Shown here: piece after piece, positions 13,301-24,806 of the stretch
Numbering within the stretch: the first letter of the stretch is position 1
Layout of the letters: each line of letters opens with the position of its first letter
Assembly (NCBI RefSeq): GCF_000281045.1
Contig: NW_008246112.1
Coordinates: forward strand, 414,333-478,332
Length of the DNA: 64,000 nucleotides
Direction: 5' to 3'
DNA from: Saprolegnia diclina VS20
Lineage: Eukaryota
The notes under the pieces: model-generated
The model's database searches: none
What the model saw: only the letters and a program-made list of their open reading frames with translations
What the model was told of the DNA's origin: nothing
Made by a program: the position numbers and the translations under genes

Positions 13301-13792
13301 GTCGCCGACTAGTCACGCTGCGTTGTCAACACCCTCTTCGATCGTAGCATATCGCGGTACTTCGGTCTGGTTGCAGATGGCGACCTTCTCGCCGTGGTGC
13401 CGCACGAGCTTCTCGACGTACGTGTTGAGCGACGCGATCGGGAACCCGCACATGATGTCCATGTCGTGGGCTTGCTTGGACTTGGCCTTGCGCGTCAGCG
13501 CCAGGTTCAGAAGCTACGCCATCGAATGCAATAGAGTAGCATAGACAATGGGCGTACGTGCGACGCGCGGCGCGCATCGTCGGCAAAGAGCTCGTAAAAG
13601 TCGCCGACTTGGTAGAGCAAAAGGCAATCTGGCACAACGACCATTGATACATTGATAGAGAGAGATGGACCGACCAGGGTACTCCTTCTTGCGCTCGAGA
13701 TACTGCCGCAGCATCGGCGTCACGGTTGACGACGCCAATGCACGGCGACCGAGCCGGCCGATGGCGGTGCGCTGGAGACCGACCCGAAGCAT
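10377..13792 (-). CDS. mutS: DNA mismatch repair protein MutS (MutS1/MSH1-type, probably mitochondrial), multi-exon
   Basis: [24 protein letters not shown] (mismatch-binding Phe), [26 protein letters not shown] Walker [16 protein letters not shown] and [11 protein letters not shown]. The N-terminus [21 protein letters not shown] is Arg-rich and acid-free. Confidence 0.9.
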
Positions 13793-14382
13793 TATTGGAT
13801 TGCGCTTCGGCACGTCTCTGATTGGTGGGTTGACCACGTACACTACATCCGTGCAATTTGCACACGATTTCGAGCTGAAAGTCAATATGAAATGGTGTCA
13901 GTCATGTCGCACTCATGCAAGCCTTGAGCGCGAGTGACCATGCACTTGACCACGCGACCTCTCGGTCCTGCTGCAAAAGGGTGCTTGAGCGATGCGCGCA
14001 TCGAAAGAGCGACTTGATTTGTTATCGGCGTTGCGGCACAGCGGGATTGGGTTATCTTACACTATTTAAAACCACACTAAATGTTCGAATGCGAGAGCGC
14101 TCAATCTACCACTGCAAGCTTGGTAGCCATGCTAGACAACGTGCAACACAATCGCCTACGTGTGTGTTTCAAGCAGCAAGATGTATAAATGCTCTGCGTT
14201 CTTGCCCCAGCTTGGTATGAGTCGAGCTGTGGAATCTTGAATCGTATACTATTTCCGTGATTCAAGATTGGACTTCGCAGATATCTTATCATCCGGATAC
14301 GGTGCCACGAGGAACTGCCACGGAAACTTCGGTGGGCAACCACGAGCTCATCCGACCGCTCCAGCCCGGAGACCAGAGCTCA

Positions 14383-15664
14383 ATGATTGCCGCACCTATC
14401 CGCCGACGCACCCGCCGGGACGAAGACGCCGAGGCCCTCGAGCAAGCGCTCAACGAGTCGCTGCAGTACGCGCTGCCTTCCGCCACCTCGATAACTCCAC
14501 GGTGTGTAGGCCCGACTTTCTCGCCCAGATCGTGCACGCGGAGAACGAGTTGCGCCATCTCAACCTCGCCGCCCGTGCCCGCGCCAGTGCTAGCACCGAG
14601 GTTTCATCGTCCACGCCAGCAGCGATCGACGACGACGACGACGATGACGTCGACGCGCCGGAAGACGTCGCCGCCGCCGCCCTCGAGCCCGCCAACCTCG
14701 AAGATTTGAACGGTACGCACACAATAGCGCCAAGAGGATTGCCGTCTCATGCAGCGCAGCCGACGTGCTTTGCTGCCACATGCCCGAGCGCATGCTCATG
14801 CTCGTGCTCGAGTTCCTCGACGAAGACACGATCGGCAACTTTAGCAACACGTGCCACCACTTTCACCGCGCTGCCTCGAACGGTACAATGGACGATACAG
14901 CGATAGCTCATGCGAGTCGGCGTAGAGTACATCTACGAGATGATGTGTCGGCGCGTCTTCACGATGCAGAGCCGCGGGCGGGCCGTCAAGCTCGGCAAGT
15001 TTTCATCGTGGGCACACATGTTTCGCGGCCGGCCCCGCGTCAAGTACCACGGTACGTTCGTAGCTCGCATGCATGTGGCTGCATCGTCTCCAGGCTTTTA
15101 CGCGCTGCGCATCTCGTACTACAAGGAGCCGGAATGGAACATGTGGACCGATTTGCCCAAAAATGCGATTCTGCTGGTACAACCTGTCTGTTGTTGTCGA
15201 ACTTTGCTCAAACTATAGGATCTTAGGCCATTTACTATCGCTATTTCAACTTTCGAAATGACGGCACGTTCCTATATGCGATGACGCACCGCCACCCGCG
15301 CGAGGTAGATGACCAACACGTCGCATGCCCTAGTATGGTGTGTCGCTGTAGACCGCAGAACTCATGCGCCACCGCGACAAGGAGACCATCTTTGTGGGCA
15401 ACTACTACTTGGCCCGCGGACAAGTGCACGCGGTCGTGCCAATGCGCCACGGCACGCTCGAGTTCATCTTCCGCATGGCGTCGAGGTCGGTGCGCTTTGT
15501 ATCAACTTGATACATAAACCTTGCATAGGTGGCGCGCGCCCAACACGCAATTGGTGATGCTGTCGCACGCGTTGTACCAGCCGTCGGACGTGGGCTTGCA
15601 GCGCCCACACTATTTTGACGTGAACGAAGAAGCCTTCAACTTCCGGCGCTTCTGGCACCTCTAG
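14383..15664 (+). CDS. F-box protein, FBXO9/Hrt3-like (multi-exon)
   Basis: F-box MPERMLMLVLEFLDEDTIGNFSNTCHHF, then SWAHMFRGRPRVKYHGFY and YYRYFNFRNDG, as in the FBXO9 family. Ends FNFRRFWHL*. Confidence 0.8.
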
Positions 15665-15864
15665 CCTCGGTCGACGGCGCTTCGTGTAGGTAGCCTTATC
15701 TTGTAGCCATCTTGCCGCTTGTCCCATCATCGATCACATGCGATGAGCAAATGGTCTTCTCCGACGTCACTCGGTGCTTCCATGCGTTGCGACAGCGGTC
15801 TTTTGCGGTTCGACTTTTGAGAATACAAGAGGTATAGATTAACACGCGCGATGCAAAGAAGTGG

Positions 15865-16821
15865 CTACATGAGGCGGCAGCTGTTGCCGCAGCCGCTGCA
15901 TTGCGTGGGCTCGCGTGCTGGGAACATGCTGCAGCTGTGGTCGGGCACGGACGGCGCCGTCTCGAGCGTCGTGAAGCTGCCGCTCACCATGGGCGGAACC
16001 GGCGCGACACAGCGCACGACGCCCGAGCCAACGACTTTAGCCTCGAGCTCGTCCATCGCGCGCACCACGACCGCGCCGCTGCCCGCAATCTCAATATGCG
16101 CTTCGTGGGCGGCCACGGCGTCCGTGCGTACGCGCCCCGAGCCGGCCACTTGGATCGCCACGCGCTGGCAGGTCCCATGGCCGGCAAATGAGAGGTTCCC
16201 GGAGCCCGAGACGGCGCACTGGATCGAGGCGGCCGTGAATGCCTTGGGCGACGCAATGTGGATGCTGCCCGAGCCTGCGACGCTGCAGTCGACCGACGTG
16301 GCCGTGACGGCGCCGACGCTCAGCTGCGTCACGCCGCTGCCGCGCGTCGCACACTCGATTGTCTCGACGACGAGTGATGCCGCTTCCAGCTGCACGCGGC
16401 CACTACCGTTTGTTTGGGCGCGCAAGGTGGCGACCGATGCGTGCGCGGTGCGCACACAGACGCGGCCCGACCCGTTCTGGATCAGCGTCAGGTCGGCCGC
16501 GAGAGGCCCGAGCGGCCAGTGATCCACGTACACGCTGCCGGGTCCGTTGTTGACAAACTTGGTGCACTTAAGCGCGTCGGCGCTGGCGCATATCTCAATC
16601 AGGAGCGTCATCGTGTCGGTGATTGGCGAAGCCCACTCGAGGCAAAGCGTCGCATCGCGCTGGACAATGCGCAGAGCGTCGACGGGAAGGTTCCCCGCAC
16701 TTGTGGCGGTGACGCGGAGGTCGGTCTCGACCGCAGCTTGGCTCACAAACACGTGGCAAGGCAGGTTGTTGTCGATCTCGTGGATCGTTGTCGCGTCAAA
16801 GGTGTAGGTGAGGACGCTCAT
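15865..16821 (-). CDS. GIN-domain (DUF2807-like, adhesin-head beta-solenoid) protein with C-terminal CaaX (CRLM)
   Basis: Repeated GSGxV/I turns (NGSGRV, RGSGVT, AGSGSI, SGSGNL, AGSGAV, VGSGVV). Intronless from MSVLTYTF; ends SGCGNSCRLM*. Confidence 0.8.
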   Translation of the reverse strand: MSVLTYTFDATTIHEIDNNLPCHVFVSQAAVETDLRVTATSAGNLPVDALRIVQRDATLCLEWASPITDTMTLLIEICASADALKCTKFVNNGPGSVYVDHWPLGPLAADLTLIQNGSGRVCVRTAHASVATLRAQTNGSGRVQLEAASLVVETIECATRGSGVTQLSVGAVTATSVDCSVAGSGSIHIASPKAFTAASIQCAVSGSGNLSFAGHGTCQRVAIQVAGSGRVRTDAVAAHEAHIEIAGSGAVVVRAMDELEAKVVGSGVVRCVAPVPPMVSGSFTTLETAPSVPDHSCSMFPAREPTQCSGCGNSCRLM

Positions 16822-17477
16822 TTTGTTGTCGAATGTGATTTTCAACAGTGGCCACAAGCAAATTGTTTGCTTATTGAAATAAGAAGCGGGAATGTGGGTG
16901 CCAACGCACTTGCGTCTGAGTCGAGGATGCGGAGAGACGCGCCAAGAACGCTGGTCGGTGCAGCTGCGGCATATCGAATGATGATGCACCGACGTGCGCG
17001 GCAGAGGATTGGCTCGTGCCGGCCCTGCTTGCCGGCCTAGCTCCTGTGATGACAGGCGGATGACGGACACGCGCTTGTCGTGCACTCCGAGGGGATGAGC
17101 GCCAAGGTTCAAGTACACCTCTGCATGTATTGGGTGTCTTCTTCTTGAAGTACCGTGTCGCAATGACGTCATGTCCGAATGCTTGTTCCACGTCCATGAG
17201 AGGGCTGGAACTGCCGAGAGCCAAGTCAAGGCGCCCGTAAGTCCACACGGCGCTTCTCGTGCGAGAATGCCAAGGCGAAACGGCTGCCATCCCAGTGCTG
17301 CCATGTTAGACTGCCACGTCATACAAACGTCATACGTGGCAGCACGAGAAATGACCCTAGCCAGGAGAGCCGATTGGTCGCACTTGTGTGGCCCTGTTTT
17401 GAGAACCATTGGGGCGGACGGCACCTGGTCCCGTCCTGGTGCGATCCCCTGTGAAAATCCAATAATGCTGGTGGTCA

Positions 17478-18443
17478 TTACATAATGTTGCACTCCCATG
17501 AGCTTGAACTATCGACATCAATCGTATCGGGCACACGGTCGGGAAATGGCACTGCTTCGGGCACGATGACCGGCGACGGATTGTACAAGTGCGAGCACGG
17601 ACCATGGCACGCTTCTGGCGGCATCTTTGTGTAGTAAATCAGACCGGGACCGACGGACTTAGTGCGGAGTTCGTGCACGGCCTGCGTCATAATCGACCCA
17701 GGGCCGTAAACTGTCGCATCAACCTCGTGGGCTGATAGCGCGTCTGTTCGAATGCGGCCGCTCCCCGTGACGGTCGCAGTGGCGACGACGCACGTCCCGG
17801 CGCCTCGGAGGCACACGACGCCCGCGCCTTGGACAGCTGCTTGCACGGACGTCGCCTGCCACGCATTTCGCGCACCAAGGTTGATGACGCCGGCGCCTTG
17901 CACGCGGCTGCTTGCATATGTCGTGTTGATGGTTTCAGCGTAGACGGATATACTGCCTTGGCCCGAGACGGTCGAGTCGAGGGAGCACAGGTTGAGCGCG
18001 CCGGCGTCAACTCGAATCGCGCCATCACCGCTGACATGGCATGCAAAGCGCGTCAGTGAGAGCTCGGGCGTCTCCATGTGCATGCTGCCGTGGCCCTCCT
18101 GCACCAGACACAAGTGGCTTCCTTGCGCTTTGCGCGCCACGCCATCCATGCAAAGATCCCCGCCGCCAGCATTTGTGATCTTGGTGGCTGTCAACGCGGC
18201 CTCGTCAACTTGCACTTGAACGAGCACTTGACCTGTGAGGTGCCCATGCGTGGTGCGCAGTGTCAGCACGCCATGCAGCAGCTGAACGACGAAGTGATCG
18301 ACGCTGTTGTGCGACGCGGTCAGCGTGACAAGGACTTTGCCGGGGGGAGCGTCGGGAAGCACGAAGACGCGGCACGGCAGCAGGTTGCGGAGCTCGCGCA
18401 CGGCCGCGGCCTCGAAGGACGTCGTGTACGGTTCGAGGGACAT
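17478..18443 (-). CDS. GIN-domain (DUF2807-like) protein, tandem paralog, C-terminal CaaX (CNIM)
   Basis: Same solenoid pattern (SGDGAI, SGQGSI, QGAGVI, TGSGRI, YGPGSI). Shares N-terminal N(L/N)LPCxVFV with its neighbour; ends WECNIM*. Confidence 0.8.
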   Translation of the reverse strand: MSLEPYTTSFEAAAVRELRNLLPCRVFVLPDAPPGKVLVTLTASHNSVDHFVVQLLHGVLTLRTTHGHLTGQVLVQVQVDEAALTATKITNAGGGDLCMDGVARKAQGSHLCLVQEGHGSMHMETPELSLTRFACHVSGDGAIRVDAGALNLCSLDSTVSGQGSISVYAETINTTYASSRVQGAGVINLGARNAWQATSVQAAVQGAGVVCLRGAGTCVVATATVTGSGRIRTDALSAHEVDATVYGPGSIMTQAVHELRTKSVGPGLIYYTKMPPEACHGPCSHLYNPSPVIVPEAVPFPDRVPDTIDVDSSSSWECNIM

Positions 18444-19105
18444 GGCGACGACAATGATCTCTTGCCAGGTGTACTGAAAAGGAAAGGTGAGAGTGTTGGT
18501 CAAGAGTGTGTGTCTTGACGCGCGAGACACGCAACGCCACCGCGTCCCTTGGCTCTGCAAGAAGAGTGTACATCAATCAAACGTATCAAGGCCTCGTTGA
18601 TGATGTGACTCTCTAGCTCGATACAATGTCTTCTGGTGCATCAAGCTGTTGGCTCTCGAGCTCAGTAGGCCCAACGCCGTGAACAACCTCTGCAGCTGCA
18701 AGCCCTTCTCAAGTAAACACGTCGAGAGGCACCAACTTGGAGGCGCCAGGAAGACAGTTTCCTCGCCTAGGTACAATCCCGTCCTTAGAGGCGGCATTTC
18801 GCTCAGAAAGGCTTGATGCTGGAGCTATATCGTGGCGTCTCGCTTGCCAGGACGCCCTACGTTGGGAGCGAGCTATGGAGCTGGTCCTTGACGATCGCAA
18901 TCACGTGTCAAGTGAGGCATCTCTCACCAAGTGCGAAGGAAGGCGACATGTTTGTGCGGGCGTGACGGCTCGTGCGAGAGCTTGCGGTCTCCAACATACC
19001 ATTATCACCGTGTAGTATTTGCTGCAGTCGCTGACGCCCAAGCCAGCACGCAGCCACGAGATCAAGGGTCACACCGCAGTCACATAAACGCATACAAAGA
19101 CAAAC

Positions 19106-21136
19106 TTAGGCGGCGCTCGTGTGCGCTGCGAGCGTGTGTGAAAGCAGCGGTCGACAGACTCCTATCGAGGCTCGCACCGGATCGCTGCAGCTTTCCTCGT
19201 CCTGCTACGCCTCATGTGAACCGCGGCTTGTCGGCGAGTGGTGCCGTACCATCTTGCGGCGCGTAGCCATCTCGCGCAACCGGCTTGCCACGTCATTGAA
19301 GCCCAACTTTTGAGCTTTTGCCCAGAGCGTCACGCCCACCTACATGCTCATGAGAGACCTGAGGTCGAATCTGTCGTACAGCGTCGAGGACGCTCACGTC
19401 CACGTCGTCCGCGTCAAGAAGGATCGGCAGTAGCTGGAGCTGGTGCATGTCGAGGGCCACATGCAACGGTGCCACGTTCATCTACAAGGCCCTTGGTTGG
19501 CGCTGGCGGCTCGAGCGCAAAAGACCTGGTCCTTCGCGTTGACGTCGACTTTGGCGCGGACAAGTTCGCGGACAATGTCGACATGACCGCCTTCGATCGC
19601 GAGCGTTAGCACCGACCGCCCCATCTAGCGCACGCGCGTGAGGATCTGCATCCTCGATGGGGACGACGACCTCGTTGCGACAGTCGAGGTCGGTTGCGGG
19701 CGCGCGAATGAGCTCAACAGCGACCGCGTACTGCGCCGCCGCCATCGCTTCGTGCAGCAACCCTTGGTTCGACTAGCGACAACTTGTCTGTAGTCTGAAC
19801 TGACTCACCAAGTACCTCGTTGGGACTGGCGCCAAGACGCAAAAAATACTGCGTCTGTTGGGCGTCCCCGCCGCGCACGGCAAGCCCGAGGCACAAGGCC
19901 TAGGCGTTATGAGCGCCGTGACGCAGCTGCGTCGACGCACCTTGGCCGACGCCACTGCGCGCTGCTCGCCGGGCGTCAGCGCCGGTCGCTACACCACAGA
20001 AATTCCCTCAAGAAGCTCGATTCGAGATGCGTCATCATACGTTGCTGGCGACCACGTCCCAGGCCAAGAGCTACGTGGCACGTGTGCGTCATGGTTCGAA
20101 ATGACAGACGTCAGACCTTGGGCTCGCCGTCGACGCTCGAGTTGACCAACAGAAGCGCGTCCACGACCGCCGCGTGGTTGGCGCGGGCCGCGTACGTCAC
20201 TGCGCGGACCATGTCCTAGACGCTCGTGAGAGACCCGAGTCCTCAAATGGTCGTGGCTACGCTGCGCAACATCCACGCTTGCACCGTCAACAGCACGCGC
20301 ACGACACCAGCGTGGCCTCTCGCGGCAGCGCGGCAGAGTGGCGTCTCGCCCGCCTACGTCAACACGCCATCATCATCCACTTTGCCAAAGTTGGAAGCAG
20401 CAGTGTACGCTGTCTTTTCCGTTGACGTCGGCGTTGGCACGGAGCAGGAGCTGCACGACTGACGCATGATCGTTGCTCGCGGCCAGCGCCAGCGGTGACG
20501 CGCCGTTCTACTTGCAGTAAAGATGCAGCCCTGTGCGAACGAAGACGGCGTACGATGCTCGTCTTGTGGACATCCGCGCCGGCGCGCAGCAAGAGAGGGA
20601 TGACGTCGGCATGGCCGCGCTCGGCCGCCATGCACAGCGGCGTCGTGCCCTCCTACGTGGCGACAAGCGGTCGCTTGCCTACGCTGGAGCGTCATGCTAA
20701 CGTACGAGATCGGCCTTGTTGACGTCCGCGCCGGCGTCGAGGAGCATGGCGATGATGGACGCGCGGCCTTGGGCAGCTGCTTCGCACAGCGGCGTTTCGC
20801 CCATCTAGATAGCGTCGTGGGATCTGCATTGCAGTCGGAGACGCACGTCGTTGGGTTTGTTGACGTCGGCGTTCGCGTTCAGGAGCAGCTTGACGACGCC
20901 AATGTGGCCGTTGGCTGCCGCGCGGTACAAGGCCGTCGTGCCATTCTGCACGTCGCGTTCAGCACCAGCACTATCGGATCAAGCCACCTCGTCGGTGCGG
21001 GCGTTGACATCGACGCCGCGCTTGACGAGCTTCTGGACTTCCTTGTGTTGGCCGGCCGCGGCGGCGCTCAATAGCTTGGAGAGGCCCTAGTCCACGTCAG
21101 GAGCGGCGATACCACTGCATGGCGCACCGTGCCCAT
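19106..21136 (-). CDS. Ankyrin-repeat protein, roughly one repeat per exon (3' end uncertain)
   Basis: Exons encode NGTTALYRAAANGHIGVVKLLL, GETPLCEAAAQG, GTTPLCMAAERGHADVIPLLLRAGADV, GASPLALAASNDH and GRSVLTLAIEGGHVDIV, separated by short GT-AG introns. Confidence 0.8.
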
Positions 21137-22045
21137 GTCGTCCCGAGGTGTGGTTTTGTCGACTGGCTGCTTTTCCGAATTGCGATCTTCGAGGAGTATC
21201 TATCGCGACGACAGAAAAAGGCCAGTGCGAGGGTTGCAGTGGCCGGCAACCTTGAAGGTGGTCGCCGTCGATGACGCTGCCGGCGACGACCCTATGGTTG
21301 CATCTCGCCAAGGTGGGCTGGCATGGATACAGAGGTCATGGCTTGTTTCGATGGGCTTGGCTTGTCGAGGAAGGCCATGGGCAGAGACTGCGCTGCTTCT
21401 ACACGAAGTCGTTCGACGCCAACGAGCTACTACGTCGGAGTTTGTGTCTCGTTCTCTTGATATCCGAGTGTAATAGCTACTCCATGCAGTAGTACACTGT
21501 ACGACGACGCCGGTGGCCATCATGGCGACGTCGCGCAGGGCTTCTTCAGTAGCAAGCAGAAGCGCCCGAGTACCTCTGTTCCCCATGCTTTAATGACCTA
21601 GCGACATGCCAAAGATCCAAAGATCGCCAAGTATTGCACCAGAAATTAGAGTTTGGGGCTGGTTGCCGTCACGAGGCCAATGCTCGGGGCGCGTGAGTGG
21701 GGTCCTTGGGACGTGAACACCAGCTGTCGCGTTGGCCGGCGCGTCAGCAAGCGCCCTCTGGCGCGTCAGCCCCTCACAACGGTTGGCACCGGAATCATTG
21801 CCTTGCACCGGACTGCAGCCCACGACCTCGAGCCGACAGATTGAAAGCATTTGGGTCGATGGCGCCGCAATATCCTCAAGTGCGTGCTGGGGACAAAACG
21901 AGCTGCAGTTTTGGCGGCTGCTTGTCAACAACCATCTCGCAGCCGCCGCAGTTGACTTGACCCAGTTCGTTCCGTGACAGCACCGTGACAAGCCGAGCCA
22001 GTTGCAATTCAAACCAAACAACAGCGAAGCGCGATGGGCTCGTTC

Positions 22046-23439
22046 ATGAGCAGCGTGGTGCGTCGTCCATGGTATCTCGACCTTTCCCGCTTCACGCTGC
22101 TCTAGTCGCTGTACCAAGCGGTGCTCAACGGCAGCAACAAGGACGTCAAGGCGCTGCTCGCCGCCGGCGTCGACCCCAACGTCTATGCCAACGCGAAAGG
22201 CGCGACGCCGCTGCTCGTCGCCGCCGACAAGGGCCACGTGCAGATCGTCGAGTGGCTGCTCGCCGCCGACGCCAACGTCAACCACCCCGCCGAGGTACGA
22301 CGCCAGTTGCCTCCTAGTCGCTGAGCATCCCTATTAGGGCGGCGTGACCGCCCTCTCGATGGCGGCGCAGCATGGCCATGCCGACGTCGTCGCCCTCCTT
22401 CTTGAGGCCAAAGCGAATGTCAACCAAGCGCGCCACGTACCCTCGATTGCATTTTTATCGTCGACTGCATCATGTAGGAGCATAGGACGGCTGGACGCCG
22501 CTGCTTATTGCGGCCAACGGCGGCTTTGACTACATCGTCGAGATGCTCTTGGCGGCCAAAGCCAACGTCAACCAGGCGACAGCGGTGTGCATATTCGTCG
22601 GGTATTGAAGTCCGACAAGCTCATGCAGAGGCGTGGTAGCTCGGGTCGACGCCGCTGGCGTACGCCGCTCAGCACGGCCACGTCAATATTGTGCGCATGC
22701 TCTTAGCGGCCAAGGCGAACGTCAACCAGCCGTCCCAGGTAGACAAACCATGTCCATTTTAGTTTGTTTTCGAAATACCACGTAGAAAGGAGAAACGCCG
22801 CTGTATGTGGCGGCCGAGACGGGTCAAGCGTCTGTGATTCCGTGGCTCTTGCGGGCCCACGCCGAGCTCGACAAGGCCGACAACGTGCGCACCTCGTTTG
22901 CACAATGATGCTATTTGATTATGGTGCTAGAACGGAGTCACGCCGATCATGGCCGCCGCCAACAACAACCAAGCACACGTTGTCGCACTCCTCACCGACG
23001 CCAAGCAACGGCCGTTGGAGCTGCGCTCGGCGCCGTCGTCGCGGTCATCGCCGCCGTCCAGCACTTCGGTACACAGTGTCCTTCGGTTGGCATGATAATC
23101 GCGATTTATATACTCTAGTCGCTCAAGGCGGTGCCCATGGAGCTCACCGAGGTGCGCTGCCAGTCGTGCAACACGCCGAATGCCACGACCACCACCAACT
23201 GCCTCGACTGCGGTGCGCCGTTGCCGACGGACGCGACCAAGCTCGCCATTTTGCTCAAGCGCGTCGACGGCGCGCCGATCGATGTCGACCTCGCGTGCGC
23301 GTTTTGCGACACCTTCAACCCGATGACGTCGCCGGTCTGCAGCGGCTGCGACGACGCCATGCCGGACGACAAGGCCAAGCTGCGCATCCTCGTCGCGCGC
23401 GTTGAGAGAGCTGTTCAGCACGCGTCGCCCCGGCCATGA
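22046..23439 (+). CDS. Ankyrin-repeat protein with two C-terminal CxxC-x10-CxxC zinc ribbons
   Basis: GATPLLVAADKGH repeat, four 99-nt repeat exons, then CQSC...CLDC and CAFC...CSGC, each followed by a KLxIL helix. Confidence 0.85.
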
Positions 23440-23568
23440 GACGACGCAGTCCAGCCGCTTGTCGCGTGGAAGCAAGCGCCATCGCTATCGTCGCCGCGTT
23501 GCCTATATCTCGCAGTCGACGACGAGGCGGACCCATTGAATATATGTATATAAACAAAGCCGATACGA

Positions 23569-24199
23569 CTATGGCACGGCCAGCGGAGTGCACTCGGGCG
23601 AGAGCGCGACGACGTTGTTGGCTTCGTTGGCACGAAAGCTGAGGTACGACGACCATACAATGTTGCCGCTGCTCGACACGAGTGGCCGGAGCGGCAAGGG
23701 CGTGAAGCCAAACGTGAGAATGTTCATGGGAATCCAAAAGTAGTTGCCCGCCATCCAGATGGAGGGCGCACGGTCCAGCGCCTTGTCGACGCCGGCCGCA
23801 AACCGGTCTTCGAGCGACCGCGCCTCCTATTCGCATCATGAGAACGTACGGATCGTCCAGCGATCGACGTACGTGGCGGGTCGGGATGCACCCGGCGTAC
23901 GAGTTGAAGGCCATGATGCTAATGGGCGCGAACGCAAACTGCTGGACGAGCATCTTCTTGGCGATGCTCCCAGCGTTCGTAACTGGCCAAAGCGCCTCGA
24001 GCCGGCCAAACCACACGTGCAGGAGCGGGCCCTGGAACGCGAGGCCGTACAGCGACGTCATGCAGAGGCGCGTGACCGAGAAAGCCTCGTCCTCGTCGCG
24101 GAAGAGGCTCTGGGCGATGACGTCGCCAACGCCAAAGATGGCGCCGGTCGTCACCGACTTGGTCAGTAGCGGGTGCGACGTCAGCAGTCGGCGGTACAT
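23569..24199 (-). CDS. Mpv17/PMP22 family membrane protein (one intron near 23830-23872)
   Basis: YRRLLTSHPLLTKSVTTGAIFGVGDVIAQ, GPLLHVWF, KKMLVQQFAFAP and NYFWIPMNILTFGFTPLPLR...WSSYLS. Confidence 0.9.
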
Positions 24200-24806
24200 A
24201 GCGTCTCGGCCTGCCCACGAGTCCGCCACTGACGAAATGCATGGTGTTCGTAGCCATTCCGCCGCTTCTGATTGGCCAAACAGTTTGCACGGCCATGTGA
24301 TTGGTGCGAATCCACGAATCACAGCGCATCCACGACCGATGCGACCCTGCCACGACGGAGCTCACGAAGCTGACCGAATCACGCCACGTACTGCGAAAAC
24401 ATGTACAATGTTGTCCGTACTATGGTCACTGATGATCGACGAGAGGGCAAAACTGTGTTATAATCAATAGTCGTCGGGGGATCCAGGGGTCGTCAACGCT
24501 CAATCTCGTGCACCTTGTTGCGTCCGGTCGTTTCCAGCGACGCACTGCAGAAGAGAAGGGACCGACTTTGCATCTGCGACTAGAGCATGCGACAGCAGAA
24601 GGACCTCCGTCCCTTCACACCTCTCTCACATGCCACACTGCGCGCCATGTGCCACCTCGGCCGTTTGGATCTTTCCGATTTCGGTGGGCTACTCAATGTG
24701 GTAACTTTGGCATTTAGCCCTCAAAATGGCGATTACATGTGGCTATTTTCGGCGCATGCCACGGGTAATGCGACCCCACGATGAGCTGGCAGTTAGCAAT
24801 TGTGGC

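Noticed and set aside
16822..17499. N-terminal 226 aa of the 544-aa ORF
   Set aside because: The paralog aligns only from MSVLTYTF. The extension is intergenic-like and overlaps the neighbour's stop codon.
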